A DNA stretch of 64,000 bases from Chrysomallon squamiferum (GCA_012295275.1 CM022665.1:43214001-43278000), one strand, 5' to 3'; counted from the stretch's first letter, positions 42,676 to 57,796 are shown. Program-made: numbers and translations. Notes: generated from the letters alone by a model not told the origin.

Positions 42676-45600
42676 CAATTGTCCAAGATACACAAGCTTA
42701 CATGTCTTTCAAAACCACAAGAGAATTTATTTTTTCCTGTCTAACAGCTTTATAAGCACTTTGTGTTGTTCAGGATATTTGTTCATTGGATGAAAAACGA
42801 CAACCTGCTGTCTCGCAGCAACTGCTTCAAACAGTCTGCCTGACATCAGCATCGTCGTTAACGAGCACAAAGTAAACTTACAGAATATTCAAACCTGCAA
42901 CTAGATGCAGCGATTAATCAATGAAAGCTTGCACCAAACAAGCAAAGTTTAGACTTAATATATCAATTCTGCACTAAGCTGCCTTGCTATCAGTATCACT
43001 CTGTCAACATGAACAAGCTAAATTGTTTTCACACTGGCACAATATTCATGTCAAATTTTTAATTATTTTTTTTAAGTCCATCATAGAAAAAGAACATCAT
43101 GTGGACAAGACATGAGAGAATATTAAAGATATGTTGTATCATGTGTAATAAAAACAATTATAACATAGATGTGATGCATTAATAAACATATAAAATGATC
43201 CATTCAACTTCTGCACCATTATCAGTTCTTACTTGTTTGTCTTTATCTCAGGTTAAGATTATCATATTTTGAATATAAAAGTTTTAAAAATCTGCTATTT
43301 TCCATTATGTAAAAACAACAAAAAAGACACTATATTAGCCATAACCAAAACTGAAATATCGTGTATAAACTGTACTAAAATGATTTAATAACACTTTCAT
43401 GGATACATTTTAATTCCCTTTTCAATTACCAAATGTCACTTTATGTTGAAAAAAGATTCATTTTTATTATAACAGTTTGTCAGACAGGTGCTTTAACAAT
43501 GCTTTCTGTCCCAGAATGAACTTACTGAATAATTTTTATGTATTTCCTTGTTGAACCAAGTTTACTTGGTGCATTAGAAGATTTCTTTATTTTTTTTGTT
43601 TTTTTTTTTGTTTGATTGTAGGTCATGTGGTATAAGCTGTACTAAATGTCTCAAGTAACAACTATATGGCACTTATTTTATTATTATTATTATTATATGT
43701 TCTATCTGAAATACATCTCAGCTAAATTACTAAAATCATTTTTAAAATAATAAATGAAAGTAATAAAAATAAAAATAATGATATAACATGCTTAACAGAA
43801 TTATTTCATATTTTGTTTATGTGAATTATGACTCCCAAAAAATAGAATGAGATTGATGATTTCATAAATTTCATTTACAAAATTATAATTTAAAATTAAC
43901 TTTAAAAAATAAAAAAATGAAGAAAAAAATCATAAATTAATCTAGGTGACATTTAAAATTGTCAATAACATCCTATCACCATGACCAGTAGTAGCCTGGT
44001 GACAACAACAACAACAACATAGTAATAATAATAATAATAAAAATAAAAATAATAAAATGGAAATTAATTTTTTTTCTTTCTAAAAGTGGCTAGAAAAATA
44101 TAATTTAAGTTAAGACCAGTAAGCTGAACTATTTCAGAACGTTTTAAAAATTATTTAATTTAATTTTTTTTTAATTTGAACATTTAGTAAATACCATTTT
44201 AATTCTAATTCTTATTACATAATTAGGTTATTAACTTTTTTCTTCTTTTTTTTTTCAAACTTGTAACCAGTGTGTATGTGTGTAAATATGCAAGTAAAAC
44301 ATAGGTCACAGCAACCCTGCTAAAGATCTATATCAAAATAGCAAATAAATATTTAATATACAGAACAATTAATTTTTATTTCATTATTATTATTATTATC
44401 TTGTATTCTTCATATTACTTTTGACACAGAATATCTATCTTTTTAAAAAATTAAAAAAAAAAAATCTTTTAAAACAGAAATCCATAAAAATGGCTATTAA
44501 AGGTGTAAAATTATAACAACACTATTTCACAACAATGACATTAATCCGCAGCAATCAATGACAGTAATCAATACTCATATCGCACGTCACAATGCATAAT
44601 ATTCCGACACTGAACAATTGCTTCTATTTTATGTTTTTTCTGTGCAACACGTGCAGTCGCACACATGGCTCTACAACAATACAGTCATTCAGCCAACATG
44701 CTGCATGTGTCCACAGAAAACTAAAAGGAAAAGTTGGACGTGTAAATTGATTAGTAATCAACTTTTGTGTGCCGATCTCTTAGTCACAGTGTTGATCTTT
44801 ATTCTGCATGAAGAAACTTTCTTACAAGCGCTGATGCAGACATTGTAAGGTGATTAAAAACAAGTCAATTCTTCCTCCACGGTTAACACACACGTGTCTA
44901 AATTTTAGTGGAGGAAAAAGAAATCAATTGTAATTTAATTATGAGGAAAATAGGTGGATAAACTCTGTAGTAGAGATTTATTGTTGGTTCAGTTTCTAAA
45001 TTAACTCCAGGATGCAGACAAAAGAGTATTAGTTGAAGTCATTATTCTGAAGGTTCTTTACTTCCGACATACATGTTAAGAATAGCTCTAAAAAAAATTT
45101 AAAAAAAAAGAAAAGAAAAGGTGTATATTTGACATCCTTTTACAAATGCAAAATCTCAACAAATGCAAAATACAGGGTCTAATGTGTTCATGTCACGAAA
45201 TCATGAATGTAACACATGTTTAATGTCAAAATATTCAGCGTACAGAACACGTTTTATGTCAGGCACAACATTAAAAAGACAAATTCTGAATAATAAACGA
45301 TGTCTAAATATAAAAAAAAAGCTGTTAAGCAGAAACCTCAATACATCATCCATCTATTGATCACTGCAGTCTGATGTTATGTAACACCAGCCCACACACA
45401 CACAGACTACAATGACCCAGTATCAACAGCAAGCCTGTCAATCGGTCACAGTGACTCGTCCAAACAGAACAGGCTCATCAAGATCATGACAACGGCATAA
45501 ATAACAGAAATATTCTGTGTTAATCACCTGCAAATCACCACCATCCTTCCACTGGTTCAGAGCATGTTTGCCAGCAAGTGATTAGCACAGGAACACAGAA

Positions 45601-45930
45601 GATTACACACATATTCAGAGTGGTGAGCCTCTGCTGAAACCTTCGACCTGCTGATGGTAATGGTTACTTAGAGATCAACAACATGGATTACTGTTTCCAT
45701 TCCTGACTTCCAGTGTCTGGGGACAGTTGAAATCAGTGACATTTTTTTTTTTTCCTTCTCTTTTTTTTTCTGTTATATCCACTGTTTGTGTAGCTGATGT
45801 ATGCAAGGAAATTTCTTTAGGAATGACTAGGCCCAAAAGATCGATTCTTCTTGGTAGTCACTACATTACTTTATTTTCAAGATATCGTTTCACATTTCAC
45901 TGAATTCAGTGATACTTGCTTTCTTATTTC

Positions 45931-46200
45931 ATAGGCTTATAAAACCCTCCAGGTGAATGAAATACTAGCATAAAACAAAAATTATTACAAAATTATAAAA
46001 CTCTTGAGGTATTAACTTTATACATAAATATGCGTATATATTCAGAAATTAGGCTTGTAAAACCTTGCAGGTGAATGAAAATACTAATTATGACAAAATT
46101 ATTACAAAACAATAAAACTTTCAGGTAGTAATTTAATATATAAATCTGCACATTAATTATTCAGAAATCAGGCTTATAAAACCTTGCTGGTGAAATACTA
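45931..46200. repeat. ~118-bp tandem repeat, 2-3 copies
   Basis: aggctt(a/g)taaaacc..caggtgaatgaaatacta recurs near 45933, 46051 and 46170. Confidence 0.85.
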
Positions 46201-46469
46201 AAAAATACCACTATACTACTATAATTTACTGTTCTGACATTATTTATTCATTCTTTCCACTGACTACAAGTCAGATAGTCTATTACATCACAGCTGCGAG
46301 CAAACCCGGTGAAGTCCTAACCACAAAAAATTATGAAACTTGATTATCAAGCAGATGTAATTTAGAAGCCTCAGGTGTCTGTCAAAAACAGATGAGTTTG
46401 TTATTCAATAAACATACAGCACAAACTCAACTTCCGTGTCTGCCTCTGGGCACAGAACAGAACCCAGAA

Positions 46470-46790
46470 TCTATAAACCCAGTTTATAAACCCAGAATCT
46501 ATAGGTCCAAAATCTGTTATTTGAAATTTGAAATTCTTAAAACCTTTTTAAAATTCCCTCACCTCCAAATAAAGCATCATTAGTAAAATTATGTATATAT
46601 ATATTTTTATGTTTTCTTTAATAAACACATAATACAGAAATTTCACCTTCCATAGTTGTATTTGGATACAAGCCAGTACACTTCTATAAACACAGAATCC
46701 GAAATACAGGTCCTAAAACTGTTATCTCAAATTTGAAAAACCTTTTAAGAAATGTTTTCTTCCAATAAAGCATCATCAGTAAAAATGAAG
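46470..46790. repeat. Local degenerate duplication (~110 bp x2)
   Basis: tataaacncagaatc...aggtcc...ctgttat...aaatttgaaa...ataaagcatcatnagtaaaa occurs twice. Confidence 0.7.
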
Positions 46791-48398
46791 TATATTTGTA
46801 TTTGCATATTTTATTTAGTATATTTTTCCATATTAATAAATTCTGTTGACTGTTTATGGTCTGTCCAGCTATTTAACTGAATGAACGTTTGACACTCCAA
46901 CATAAAAAAAAAAAATAGGACAGCTTTTGGTTATTAAAGGTACTAAATGTTGGGTTACCTGTAAAAAAAACTGTCAGAAACATACTGACGTGATGCACTA
47001 AAATCACAAAAGAAGCACATTTAAATTAAATACATCATTCTGACAGAAAAGCTGACAGTGGTTAATCAAATCAGAGATAAAACACCTGACTTCTGTGTGT
47101 TATGTGAATTCAGAATCACAATTTCAAACATAATTTAGCTGTTAACTGCCACAGACAGACCCCACGAGTTAATCTACTCACATTTACAGACAGAAAAGAA
47201 GTAAAGAAACAGATTTAAATACAATTATAACTCTTTGTTAGACAATACAATGGGCTAAAGTACACAAAAAGTGACCTAAACTTGACTGGTTTTTTTAACA
47301 ACCTAATGAACACACACACAGCCTCCACACTATTATCAGCTATCTGACAAGGCTGACATGTAGATTAACCTACACCAGCAAGGTGTCAAAGCTTTCAAAG
47401 AATCTGCTAATTTAGATGGATTTAACCAAATAAAAGGAGACAGTCATTGTTGGTTGCAATCAAAAGAATATGAAGAAGAAATAACTGAGAGTTAACAGTC
47501 TTCATTTAAGATATTTTCTTTGCTACTACTACAACACTGAATTTTAAAACTGTGTGACCAAGCAGGTGGTATTGACTCATCTAACAGTTTAAACATCAGA
47601 CATGCTAATGAAAGAAAGAATAAACAATAATTTAAAATATATATATAATTCATAAACTTATTGTCTTGCATTATATAATAACAAATTGTACATCTTTGTC
47701 AAAATATGACTTGTTAGTAAACAATTACCTTTACTAAATTTATTAATACAAAATGTAAAATGGAGATTTTTACAAATTCTTTTTAAGACATTCATTGATT
47801 TTGTTGAACTGAGCTGCCAGATTTTCTATTCAATGATGGATTTTTTAAAAATATATTTACAGTGATTTATATTCCTGTTGAATAAAATTTGATTTATTTT
47901 TTAAGAAACATCCTGCTTGCGCTTGACAGAGAATTCAAAATAAATTAAAAATGCCAGCAAGCTATTAACAACACTAAAATTAATGCTTATGAATTATTAA
48001 TAATTCAGTCAGTGTGTTAACAAGGAAATGGTTTTTAAACGAACATCTTAAATGTCACTGTCATTAAAATGTATGGGCTTTCTTCATTCTTTACTTCCTT
48101 TCTTCTTTTTGTCAAAAAAAAAAGATTTCTTAAAAAAAGATTATGTATAAATCACTTGAAAAAATGATCAAGTTGGTGTCATTTGCGTCTGCTCATTCTC
48201 AATGTATTATCATTTGAATGATAAACAGCATTTTAATTTTACTGAAATACAAATATATCTACCTAAAATAACAGCTCAACAGTATTACTGCTATTCTGCT
48301 CATCCCATGTGAAATATCTCATCATGGTTTTATGTCTGTGAGTCACAGACAGATGTAAATATTATTAATAAAACACTGCTTCAGGTGTGTCAGTTGTG

Positions 48399-48814
48399 TT
48401 TTGAAATGTGTCATGCAAATACATATGCCAGTGTTCTCATGCTGAAATATTCTAAACAAAAGTAAAATAGTAGTGTAGAACACAAACACACACCTACATA
48501 TACAACAACAACAACAAAACTTATTATTATGACAAATGAAAATCCAGTGCAATACACATTTTGAAATGTGTCGTATGCCAATGTTGAAATATTCTAAATG
48601 AAAGTAAAATAGTAGTGTAGAACACACACACACACTTACATATACAACAACAAAACTTATTATTATGAAAAATGCAAATCCAGTGTAATACACATTTTGA
48701 AATGTGTTGTATGCCTGTGTTGAAATATTCTAAATGAAAGTAAAATGAAAGTAAAACACACTTACATATACAACAACAACACAAAAAAAAATGCAAATCC
48801 AGTGTAATACACAC
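48399..48814. repeat. ~138-bp tandem repeat, 3 copies
   Basis: ttttgaaatgtgt...tgaaatattctaaa...acatatacaacaac...aaatccagtg recurs three times. Confidence 0.9.
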
Positions 48815-49461
48815 AAATAAAGTTATTGTTCTGTCATCTGAAAATACCAATATTAATAATGACACAAGTAATTAAATCTATTTAAAACTCAGGCAACATA
48901 AGGCTGGCTGTATGCCCTGTGGTCATGTCTTGCTTCGTTGCTGTTTTTTTTTAGAAGAAAAGAAAAGAGGAAGCTTTTAAGTAGGTCAGATAGGACAACA
49001 AAGAGTTTGAGTATTAAAGATTAAATTTAGATATAAAGAAGCCAGCCACAAAATCGGAAATCTCAGGGTCAGGTGTTTTTGAGGTGTTTTTTTAATTTTA
49101 TTTTTAAGATTAATAAATACTGCAAATATAAATTATATATTCATATTATGAGCTTTTGTGTACATTCATTTTTCTACAATAAAACTAACACTAAAGCAAA
49201 AACATCAAAAAGGAAGCCAACCATAAATAACAAAAACAACAACACTGTCGAAAAAACAAATAATAGAGATCTTATGATTTATAACAATTTGTTGAACTCT
49301 TTAAGAAAGCCATTAGTCTATTTCTGTTACTTAAATTGATGACGATACTTGTATAATTGTTAATACATTATGTCCAATTTGTGTCCAATCCTGATGCTTG
49401 TACTTAAACTATGGGTAATGAATGTGACGTATGATGTTTAGTAAGTGTCTGTTATGACTGG

Positions 49462-49490
49462 CTTGTAGCTCAGTGGTTAGGGCAGATATT
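49462..49490 (+). mobile_element. tRNA-derived SINE head remnant
   Basis: GGCTTGTAGCTCAGTGGTTAGGGCA (Pol III A-box-like); no complete cloverleaf. Confidence 0.4.
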
Positions 49491-52400
49491 AGACACTGAA
49501 TTTTATGACTGATCTGTATGCCCATGATGGAATTTCATGATCCAAAATGGTCCAATGAAGCTTGTTATTTGCTTTAAGGAAAGATATACATTTGCAAATG
49601 TAGCCAGCAGACAATGGAAATGTAATGCATTTTTTGCTTGCCTATCAAATAGATGTAACACCTATGCACTTATTTTACAGTTATGTACCAGGAATATCAT
49701 TATTTTAATGTGGCAACATGAAATGTTTCCCAAGTTATTCAGTATTTCCAAGGTGGAAAAAAAGTTTAAAAAATATATAAACCAACAAAAAAAAAAAACA
49801 AGCAACAAACATTAGAAACTTCATTGAACACATATTAATATATTGTTATTAAAATCTGTCCAAAATTTGACACTATTACTTAAACATTACCACTAAATGT
49901 TGGATACAAAATAAACACAATGAATAAACATGACTTACAAACTGAACAGACACAGTGAATAGCTCCAAATGTTGCATACAAACTGATTATATACAGGGAA
50001 CATAGCATTATAAATGGACACAAGGAATAAACATATCAAACAAATAGCAAATAAATGTAGGAAATAAATATAGCGTTTTAAATTAACGTGTTTGTCATAC
50101 AAAATAAGCATTCATTGGTCTCGTCTCCCTGTAACAAATCCAAAGATTCTTCTACCCTGTTATTTGTATACGTTGCTAATTAACACAACTGTTGGGAGGA
50201 CAATCAGAAAACACATCTTCATTTATATTGATTTTCAACCATACTTATAACACAGCATTAAACTCTGGACCAGCCAGCTGTTACTATTTACAACAAACTG
50301 TACAGCTGAAATGTCTTTTTCCATCCATCACAATCATCAATATTGTAATGGGGTAGCCCACTCTTCCTATAAAAGCAATTACTTATCTTTCGCCCGAGAT
50401 CAATACAGTGACAGAAGAATGGTACTTTGAAGGATGTTCCATCTTCAACTTGACCACCTATTACAGAAGCACACCTTTGTGAGATGACTGTGTTAAATAT
50501 TCATAATTATGTGAAGAGCCATGACCTTACCGACTGTTCTAAAAGTGATCGGGAAATTACCAGGCAGAAATGAATTGAATTTGATTGTAAATAGTTCAAG
50601 TGATAGGCACACAAAAATCTTCAGTTGTGTGAAATTATTTTTACTGGTACATACAGTTCAACAGTGATACTCTCTTTTGAATGGTTGTCAAAACAAGTAT
50701 CTGGTAATCCTAATGAATCTTAATTAAGACATCTTTTCTTCACCCCTCTTGCACTAATTGTTTTCCATTCTTGTTGTTCCTTTTTTTGTTTAGGATTAAG
50801 ATTAAACAGAACCACTAATTAGTAAGGAAAGTAGCAGACTATAAAAGTAAGAAAAGAAATCGATGAGTGTAAAACTGAATATAAATCTTTTACAAAGCTG
50901 CTAATGTTCAATGTAAAGAACTGTTTTTTGGTCACACAGTTTTTACATGTCAATCACTAAGAATAGACAATTTTAATTAGGAAATGATGTCATCCAATTA
51001 TCAGTTATACTGACAGAAAAAAAATAGTTAAAAATAATACTGAATACACAAATTACTATTTTTCATTGTAATCCTGAAGCTTGCTTTTTGTATTCTTTAA
51101 ATTTTTGGAAATCAAAGATAGACAATATTAAATATAAAGGAAAGGATGAGTGTCACTTATTGGTGTAACAACAGAATAAAACACTGAAAATATTAAAATA
51201 TAAAACTGTCGTTACAGTCCAGCTTAATTTTACCATCATTTTTTTTTTTTGTTAGATTAAGATCAGACAATCATGTTTAGTCTGAAAATCAAAAATACAA
51301 ATCATCAATTATAGCAGAAGATTAAAAAATTAACAGTTATGATTAATGTAGAAATAAATTATGTTTTAGAACAGATTTCACAAAATATAATTTATAAAAA
51401 TTAATTATTCTGAATAATAATAATAATAATAATAATAAAGTAATTAAATAAAAACATACCAAAATGGTTTCCTGTCTAACACTTTAAGTTTTAGTTCCAA
51501 GCAGACAAGATTTATGCTAAATGCACCCAGCAGAATCACCCTGTCCTTATATACCCATTTAACTACGTGCAGCTTTGCACACTGAAGATTATAATGATCA
51601 ATATTTATTACAATAACACTTCAAACTGAAATTTATCTTTCCTTATTTTAGACTTTGAACACCTATCAGATACAAGTAATACGAAAATAATACATATATG
51701 ATTTTAAATAAAATGAAATTAAAAAGTAAAAAAAGTAAAGGTCACATATACACAATTCAGTTACATGTGTATCTTTTGGTTGTGCGTATCTTAATCATAA
51801 TTAGTTTAAAAATGCTGTGTAAATTTTTGTTTCTCTGTATATAAACAAGAATAAATCAGTCATACTTTCTATCATGCACACACAAAAAATAATAATAATA
51901 AAATAATAAAAATAGTAATAATAATAAAAATAAAACATACATTATAAGGAAGCATTTCCCCTTTACCAAAAACAAATACATCCAAATGTTGTTTTTTCTG
52001 TCATAAACATGAATAATATACATTTCTATGCTGGCATTAATATTACCTGTTTGTCATATTTTTCTTCTTAGCAACTGTCATGAAAGATTAATGTAAAAAA
52101 CAACAATAAATGTTTTTTTCATTTTTTTTAAATATAAAAATAAAAATCAGTATTTTACTGAAATTTTGTAGAGCTCCATTTATTAGAGAAGGTTTGTAAG
52201 ATATTTTTATATGTACACAAACAATCTACCATTATGTTTTAAAATCTGATTTCCTAGTATTTTTATTAAACAAAACCAAAAACATAAATATATATATATA
52301 TATAAATAATAATAATAATAACAATAATAACGATAACAATCATAATCATAATGACAATGACAAATAAATTCAAAATAATAAAAAATGCAGTAAATAAAAA

Positions 52401-52866
52401 GTAAATACAAAACAGTAAATAACGACAGTAAAAATAAACAGATGAAAGAAAGTTTCAACATTCACACAGAGATTTCTCTGATTTATTGTCATTTTGCTTT
52501 ACTTAATGTTGACAGTCTGTTGACTGGACAAAAGATCCATCACCATAAAACAAAACATGACAACTGTGAACATACAACCACACCTGTGGAGAGCAGAGGA
52601 CAATTATTATTTAACCGTACGAGCATGCAGAAAACAATTATATCACCACAAATACAAACAAAACATTTCTCAGCCATGACCTTACCAACAGGATTATCTG
52701 ATAATTCAGTATTAACCAACAAAACACCAGATTATCCAGTGACCCTGAACAACAATCAAACAGTGCAGACATGCCTGATGATTTTACGAAGTGAGGAAAA
52801 AAAAAACCCACTGAACAGAAGTGAATATAGAAAAAAATAAATAAAATAAAATAAAAATAAACTTAC

Positions 52867-53320
52867 CACATAACACAAATATCAGCAAGAAGATTTTAAC
52901 ACAAGACTGGATTATTATTATTATTATTAATATAAAAACACAGGATTATCCAAATTATTTCAGCAAGAACACGTGATTATCCAGCAATCGGAAGGCACAG
53001 ACAGGCTTGAAATATCCAAGTGAAGTAATCCAAACAGCAGAGAGAGAGTATGTATTGACCGGGCTATCATCTATCAATCCACTGAACAGGATTACTGAGT
53101 AACGCTATCACAATACCTGCAGGCAGATGTGTTACAACATCGTCACAGATTAAACAAAGATCTCGCACACAGACCAATGACAGCGTGGGGGACACGCTGC
53201 TGAAATGCTGTTGTCAGTGTTGTCCCGTCTTTTGTCCCAGCTCTGCCTTATCCGTACCGCATGTTGATGTCAACGTCAGCCTGGGACTGCTGCAAGCCAT
53301 TCTGTGATTGGCTGGATGTC
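52867..53320 (-). promoter_or_regulatory. Candidate internal promoter and non-coding first exon of klar-like gene
   Basis: Strong donor GTG|GTAAGT at 52867; GC/CpG-enriched island; CCAAT at 53174 and ATTGG at 53307; clustered GGATTA/TAATCC sites. Confidence 0.5.
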
Positions 53321-56269
53321 TTCGACTTCAGGTCAGATATAGGAGAGAGAGTTTGGTATTGATTTTTTTTCAAGCGTCTATCTCAGAAACTCACACACAC
53401 ACACACACACACATACTAAATTCACATTATCAGCAAGTACAGGCCACTTTTATTTAATTTTAGTTTTTTTTCTTTCTGAAAGGCACAGTCTCGTCTATTT
53501 TTGACTTGACTTGCTGATTATTGCACTGTGGACACAAGAGCAATATCCTTCTATGTTAGAGTTATCTAACATCAAGGCCAATCCTGGCAAATTTTCAGAT
53601 TTATTCAATAGTCAGCCAACCTAACTGCCTGGTCACTCAGATGAATACAATGTGGGTATTTAGTAACACACACAACTACTGAATTAGCTCAAACACAAAG
53701 TTAAGTCTTTAATCATGCTTAAGCCTTGTGATTTATAGTATAGCATATGTCCTTATGCACTGCAACTAAAAATATTATTTACTGCAGTCAGTACTGTGCC
53801 AAAATTGTGATTATCTGCTTATCTTTTTCAAGCATATTTGATTTTCACACAGTGCACTATGATATAATCTGAAAACAATAAAATTGGAAATAATACAAAA
53901 TATTTTGTCGGTGCAAAGTGATTTGAAACTCTGATCATTACACACAGGCAAATTCTTGTTATTTAGTATTTAAGAAACTGAATACATTTGTACATTTCAT
54001 CTGTTTGTAGAGGATGAATAAATGTTTAATAACAAAAACCACAAATGTGACATACAAACTGATACTACTACAGTGACCAGAATTTCATTCAGATCAACTC
54101 AGGGTACACGGAACTATATAATACAAAAAACACAATAAATCAACCTCAATAATTACATATCATATTGTAAAATAAACACATTACAAACACACACATTCAT
54201 TTTCAACAGAAGCTGTGCTGGAAAACCTTCATTTTTCTATATACATCAAAGATACACATCAGGCCACACAAGTATCAATTTTCATTAGGTAAGACCTAAA
54301 GCTGACAATGAGCAATTTCACCACAATTTCACCATCAAGCCACAACAAGAACAAGACCTTACCAAACCCGAGTAATCCTTTGTACAAACACAGGTGGTTT
54401 CTAAGTAATATTCAACATGATGTGGATTCAGTCCAGTCTAATAACACTGATATTTGCTGACAATCCTGTACTCCAGGACTAATGAGGCTTATAATCCTGG
54501 CTTGATACATTCAACAATTGAGTCAGTTTTTCACTAAGTACATAAATAACATACATAAATGGTAAATACACAGAGATATAGGTTTGTTTTGTTGTTTTAT
54601 ATTTTGATGCTTTTTTTTTCTTAAATACATTGTTGTTTGGTTTTAGTAAAATAATGTTAGATTATTTTTTTAAGATGACACTATATTAGATTCTCCTTTT
54701 TTCAGTTCTCCTCACACACACACACACACACACACAATCTTTAAGTACACTTAAATAAAAAACATTATTAAATTTTAAAAAACCCAATAAATCGACTCAA
54801 ACTTTGATTTAATTAAAATCAAATATAAAAAAAAAGATCAATACATAGGTAGTATTTCTGTCTCTTAAACCAAAAAAAAAGAAGATAATTTTAAAACACT
54901 TTCAAAAAATAAAAAAATAAAAAAATAAAAATAAAATAAATTAAAATAAAATAAAATAAAATAAAATAAAATTAAAATAAAAATTAAAAAATTAAAATGT
55001 CAAATACTGTTAATTAAACAATTTCTTGTAATGAACAATGAAACAAGGCCATTTTGAACCTGTACTGTTTTAACCCACCAGTACAATGACAGCACATTTG
55101 AATTTAAAATAGCCGGTAATTTGACTAGAAGGGCTACAGTTTCCAGGTCTGAACTGTTACCTAGATCAGCAAATGGCCTCCAGGTGAGGCTGTTTACAGG
55201 TAACAATGAACACTTCAATTTGTGACACACCTAATGAGTGGATACGTGTAACCTTTGTTCAGGTTGAATAGACATGCTGCAAAAAAAAAAAAAAAAAAAA
55301 AAAAGACTTGTGCCTGCATGTGCAGAACACAAAAGAGTCACAGACATAACATTTGTATTTGATAGCTATATATATGTAAGCCTTCATTGAAGCATATTTT
55401 TATTTCTTTCTTGTCCCCTGTTACATCATACCTCAAAAATGTTTTTAAAAAGAGAGAGAGAAAGAAGAGGATATGACTCAGAAATATCAACTTCAGCTAT
55501 AAATTATTTCTGTTTTTCTTTTCATTTAACACAGTAAACTTTGGTAGATCATTGCCAAGGTCACAGGATGGCTTTTTCAATTTTGCATTTATCTCTATCC
55601 CATTTAACTATGATTACCAGTTTTTTTAATATTAAATTTCAGGCTTAATTATAATTATTATTTTGCTATTGAAATAGGACTGTTAAGCATAAAATAAAAA
55701 AAAAATATATATATAATTTTTTTTGGCCTTGTGGGAAAGTGTGTACTGTAATACTACTAAGCACAAAAAATATTATTATTACTATTATTATTATTAATAC
55801 ATTTTTTTTTTTTTTTTGTCTATGGAAATGCATATATTGTAAGAACTTTTGTTGTTGCTGCCCTCAAAAACAATCAACATGATGTAACCTTTGTAAACAA
55901 TTCCTATAGTACATACATAACATTAGGAAAATAACAAGTGAATTTGATGAATATTTTAACATGCATCTGTTATACACCTGACACTAACTTTCTGTCAATT
56001 AGCATTTATTTCCCATTTGTTACTCAGTTATTTACATTTTTATAGCAAAGTGTAAAATTATACAGGTGTAAAAATAACAGTAATAAACAAAATTAAGAGA
56101 ACATTTAGAAAAAGTCTACACTTTCTTTCTTTCCCTTCAATTCATTTATTTAGTTAATTATTTTATTATTATTATTATTATTATTATTAAATAATAATTT
56201 TTTGTGCTTTATCTGTTCTACTGATTACTTACAGTTTTGGCTAATGTTACATTTAAAATAATAATAATA

Positions 56270-56279
56270 ATACAACAAT

Positions 56280-56372
<93 letters not shown>
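56270..56372. repeat. (AAC)n microsatellite
   Basis: About 30 perfect units. Confidence 0.95.
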
Positions 56373-57337
56373 AAACAAACCAATAAAATATAATCAAAAA
56401 CATAATAATAAAATAAAAAAAATAATAATAATTTAATAAAAAAAAAAAAAACAGTCATTTACAACAGCTGTCACATTATAAATTACATTTTAGCCTATCA
56501 CTTTATAAAATAAATAAATAAATTAAAAAAAAAAAATTTTTTTTTTTTTTTTTCACTGCTTAAGTGGGCCAAGCATGGCAATTTATACAAAGTCTATTTC
56601 CAACAAAATCTCACACACTGTCAATAAATTCTTGTTCGCATCACACCGGTATCAAATCACACAATGTTTAAACCATATGATGTAACTGTATTATCTACCA
56701 GCCATTATGTGCATGTGCTGTAGTTTTCACCTCGGTACAATATAATCAATACCATCAGGTTACAGTTTATCAGATGTGTCACTTGTACATAGTAAACTGA
56801 ACAGCCAGGTAATAGTAACAGTATCAACCCTGTTATCATGTGATACTAACATTTATTAAACACCAGTTCTAATCTTACCGTTTCTTTCAAATACTTGATT
56901 ATTTCTGTCATGTGGAGAATATTTAAAGTGGTTAAATGGTTGGAATAAAATTAATTAGGAATGGTAATTTTTAATGTCATCAATTAAGAATACCAATGCA
57001 TTCTCCTGAACAGCTGTTAATGCTGTTGAATTATTTAATATCTGTAACTGCAGAGTCATAAAGAAAATTAGACTTCAGATGCCTAGCCTTTATACACATA
57101 AAGAAAAGTCCTATGAAACCTCATATAATTATTTCTTTAATATGGTTTCCAAAATTAAAATTAGAAACAAATAAACAAAGAAAAGATAAGAATAAACATA
57201 TACCATCATTTTTGCAACAGTCAAGAAGTTTAGATGTTTTAAAAGTTTGAAAACAGGATGTTGAACAAAAATACATCTACAAGAACAAGAAGAAGAAGAA
57301 CACACACACACACACATACATATAAAAAAACACTTAC

Positions 57338-57398
57338 CCAAATGTAAAAATACCTGAATTTTGACAATGATGTGAACATGCTCCCAGTGCAAGTTCAT
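57338..57398 (-). CDS. Candidate alternative first coding exon of klar-like gene
   Basis: Two ATG/donor pairs each give phase 0: 57398-57354 (MNLHWEHVHIIVKIQ, CAG|GTATTT) and 57379-57338 (MFTSLSKFRYFYIW, TGG|GTAAGT). No homology support. Confidence 0.3.
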
Positions 57399-57796
57399 GC
57401 TGTGTTCAGAAGGTCTATCTTTAAACACATATTTAACTACAAAGCAGAATCATGAATGTTGAAAGAAAGATCTCGTCCAGTCAAACAAAAAAAAAAAAAA
57501 ACTAAACTGTTTGCTACAGTGATTAAAAACATACAACTGGGAAATACCTTTGGGAGGAACAGCCTCTGTAATGTGTGCACAAAGATGCTGGGACGATAAT
57601 TAAAGTTTTAAAGTTAAAATGAACTGAAAAACCCATCAGCTCCCTTACTTTATTCTCTCAAGTATCATACTGAGCAGGTAATTTTGTTTTATTTACACAG
57701 ATTTTAACTCTGAATCAGACACCGGGGCTATGAAATGCATCTCTGATCTTGTGTGTGTGCTGTATTTAACAATCTAGAAAATGTTCCATGTAGTTA

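Noticed and set aside
44868-44925. Inverted repeat TTCCTCCAC...GTGGAGGAA as a pre-miRNA
   Set aside because: Only about 9-12 bp pair, with a large loop; too short for a Drosha/Dicer substrate.
49462-49540. tRNA gene
   Set aside because: Only the 5' A-box region is present, with no T-arm or acceptor stem closure; better explained as a SINE remnant.
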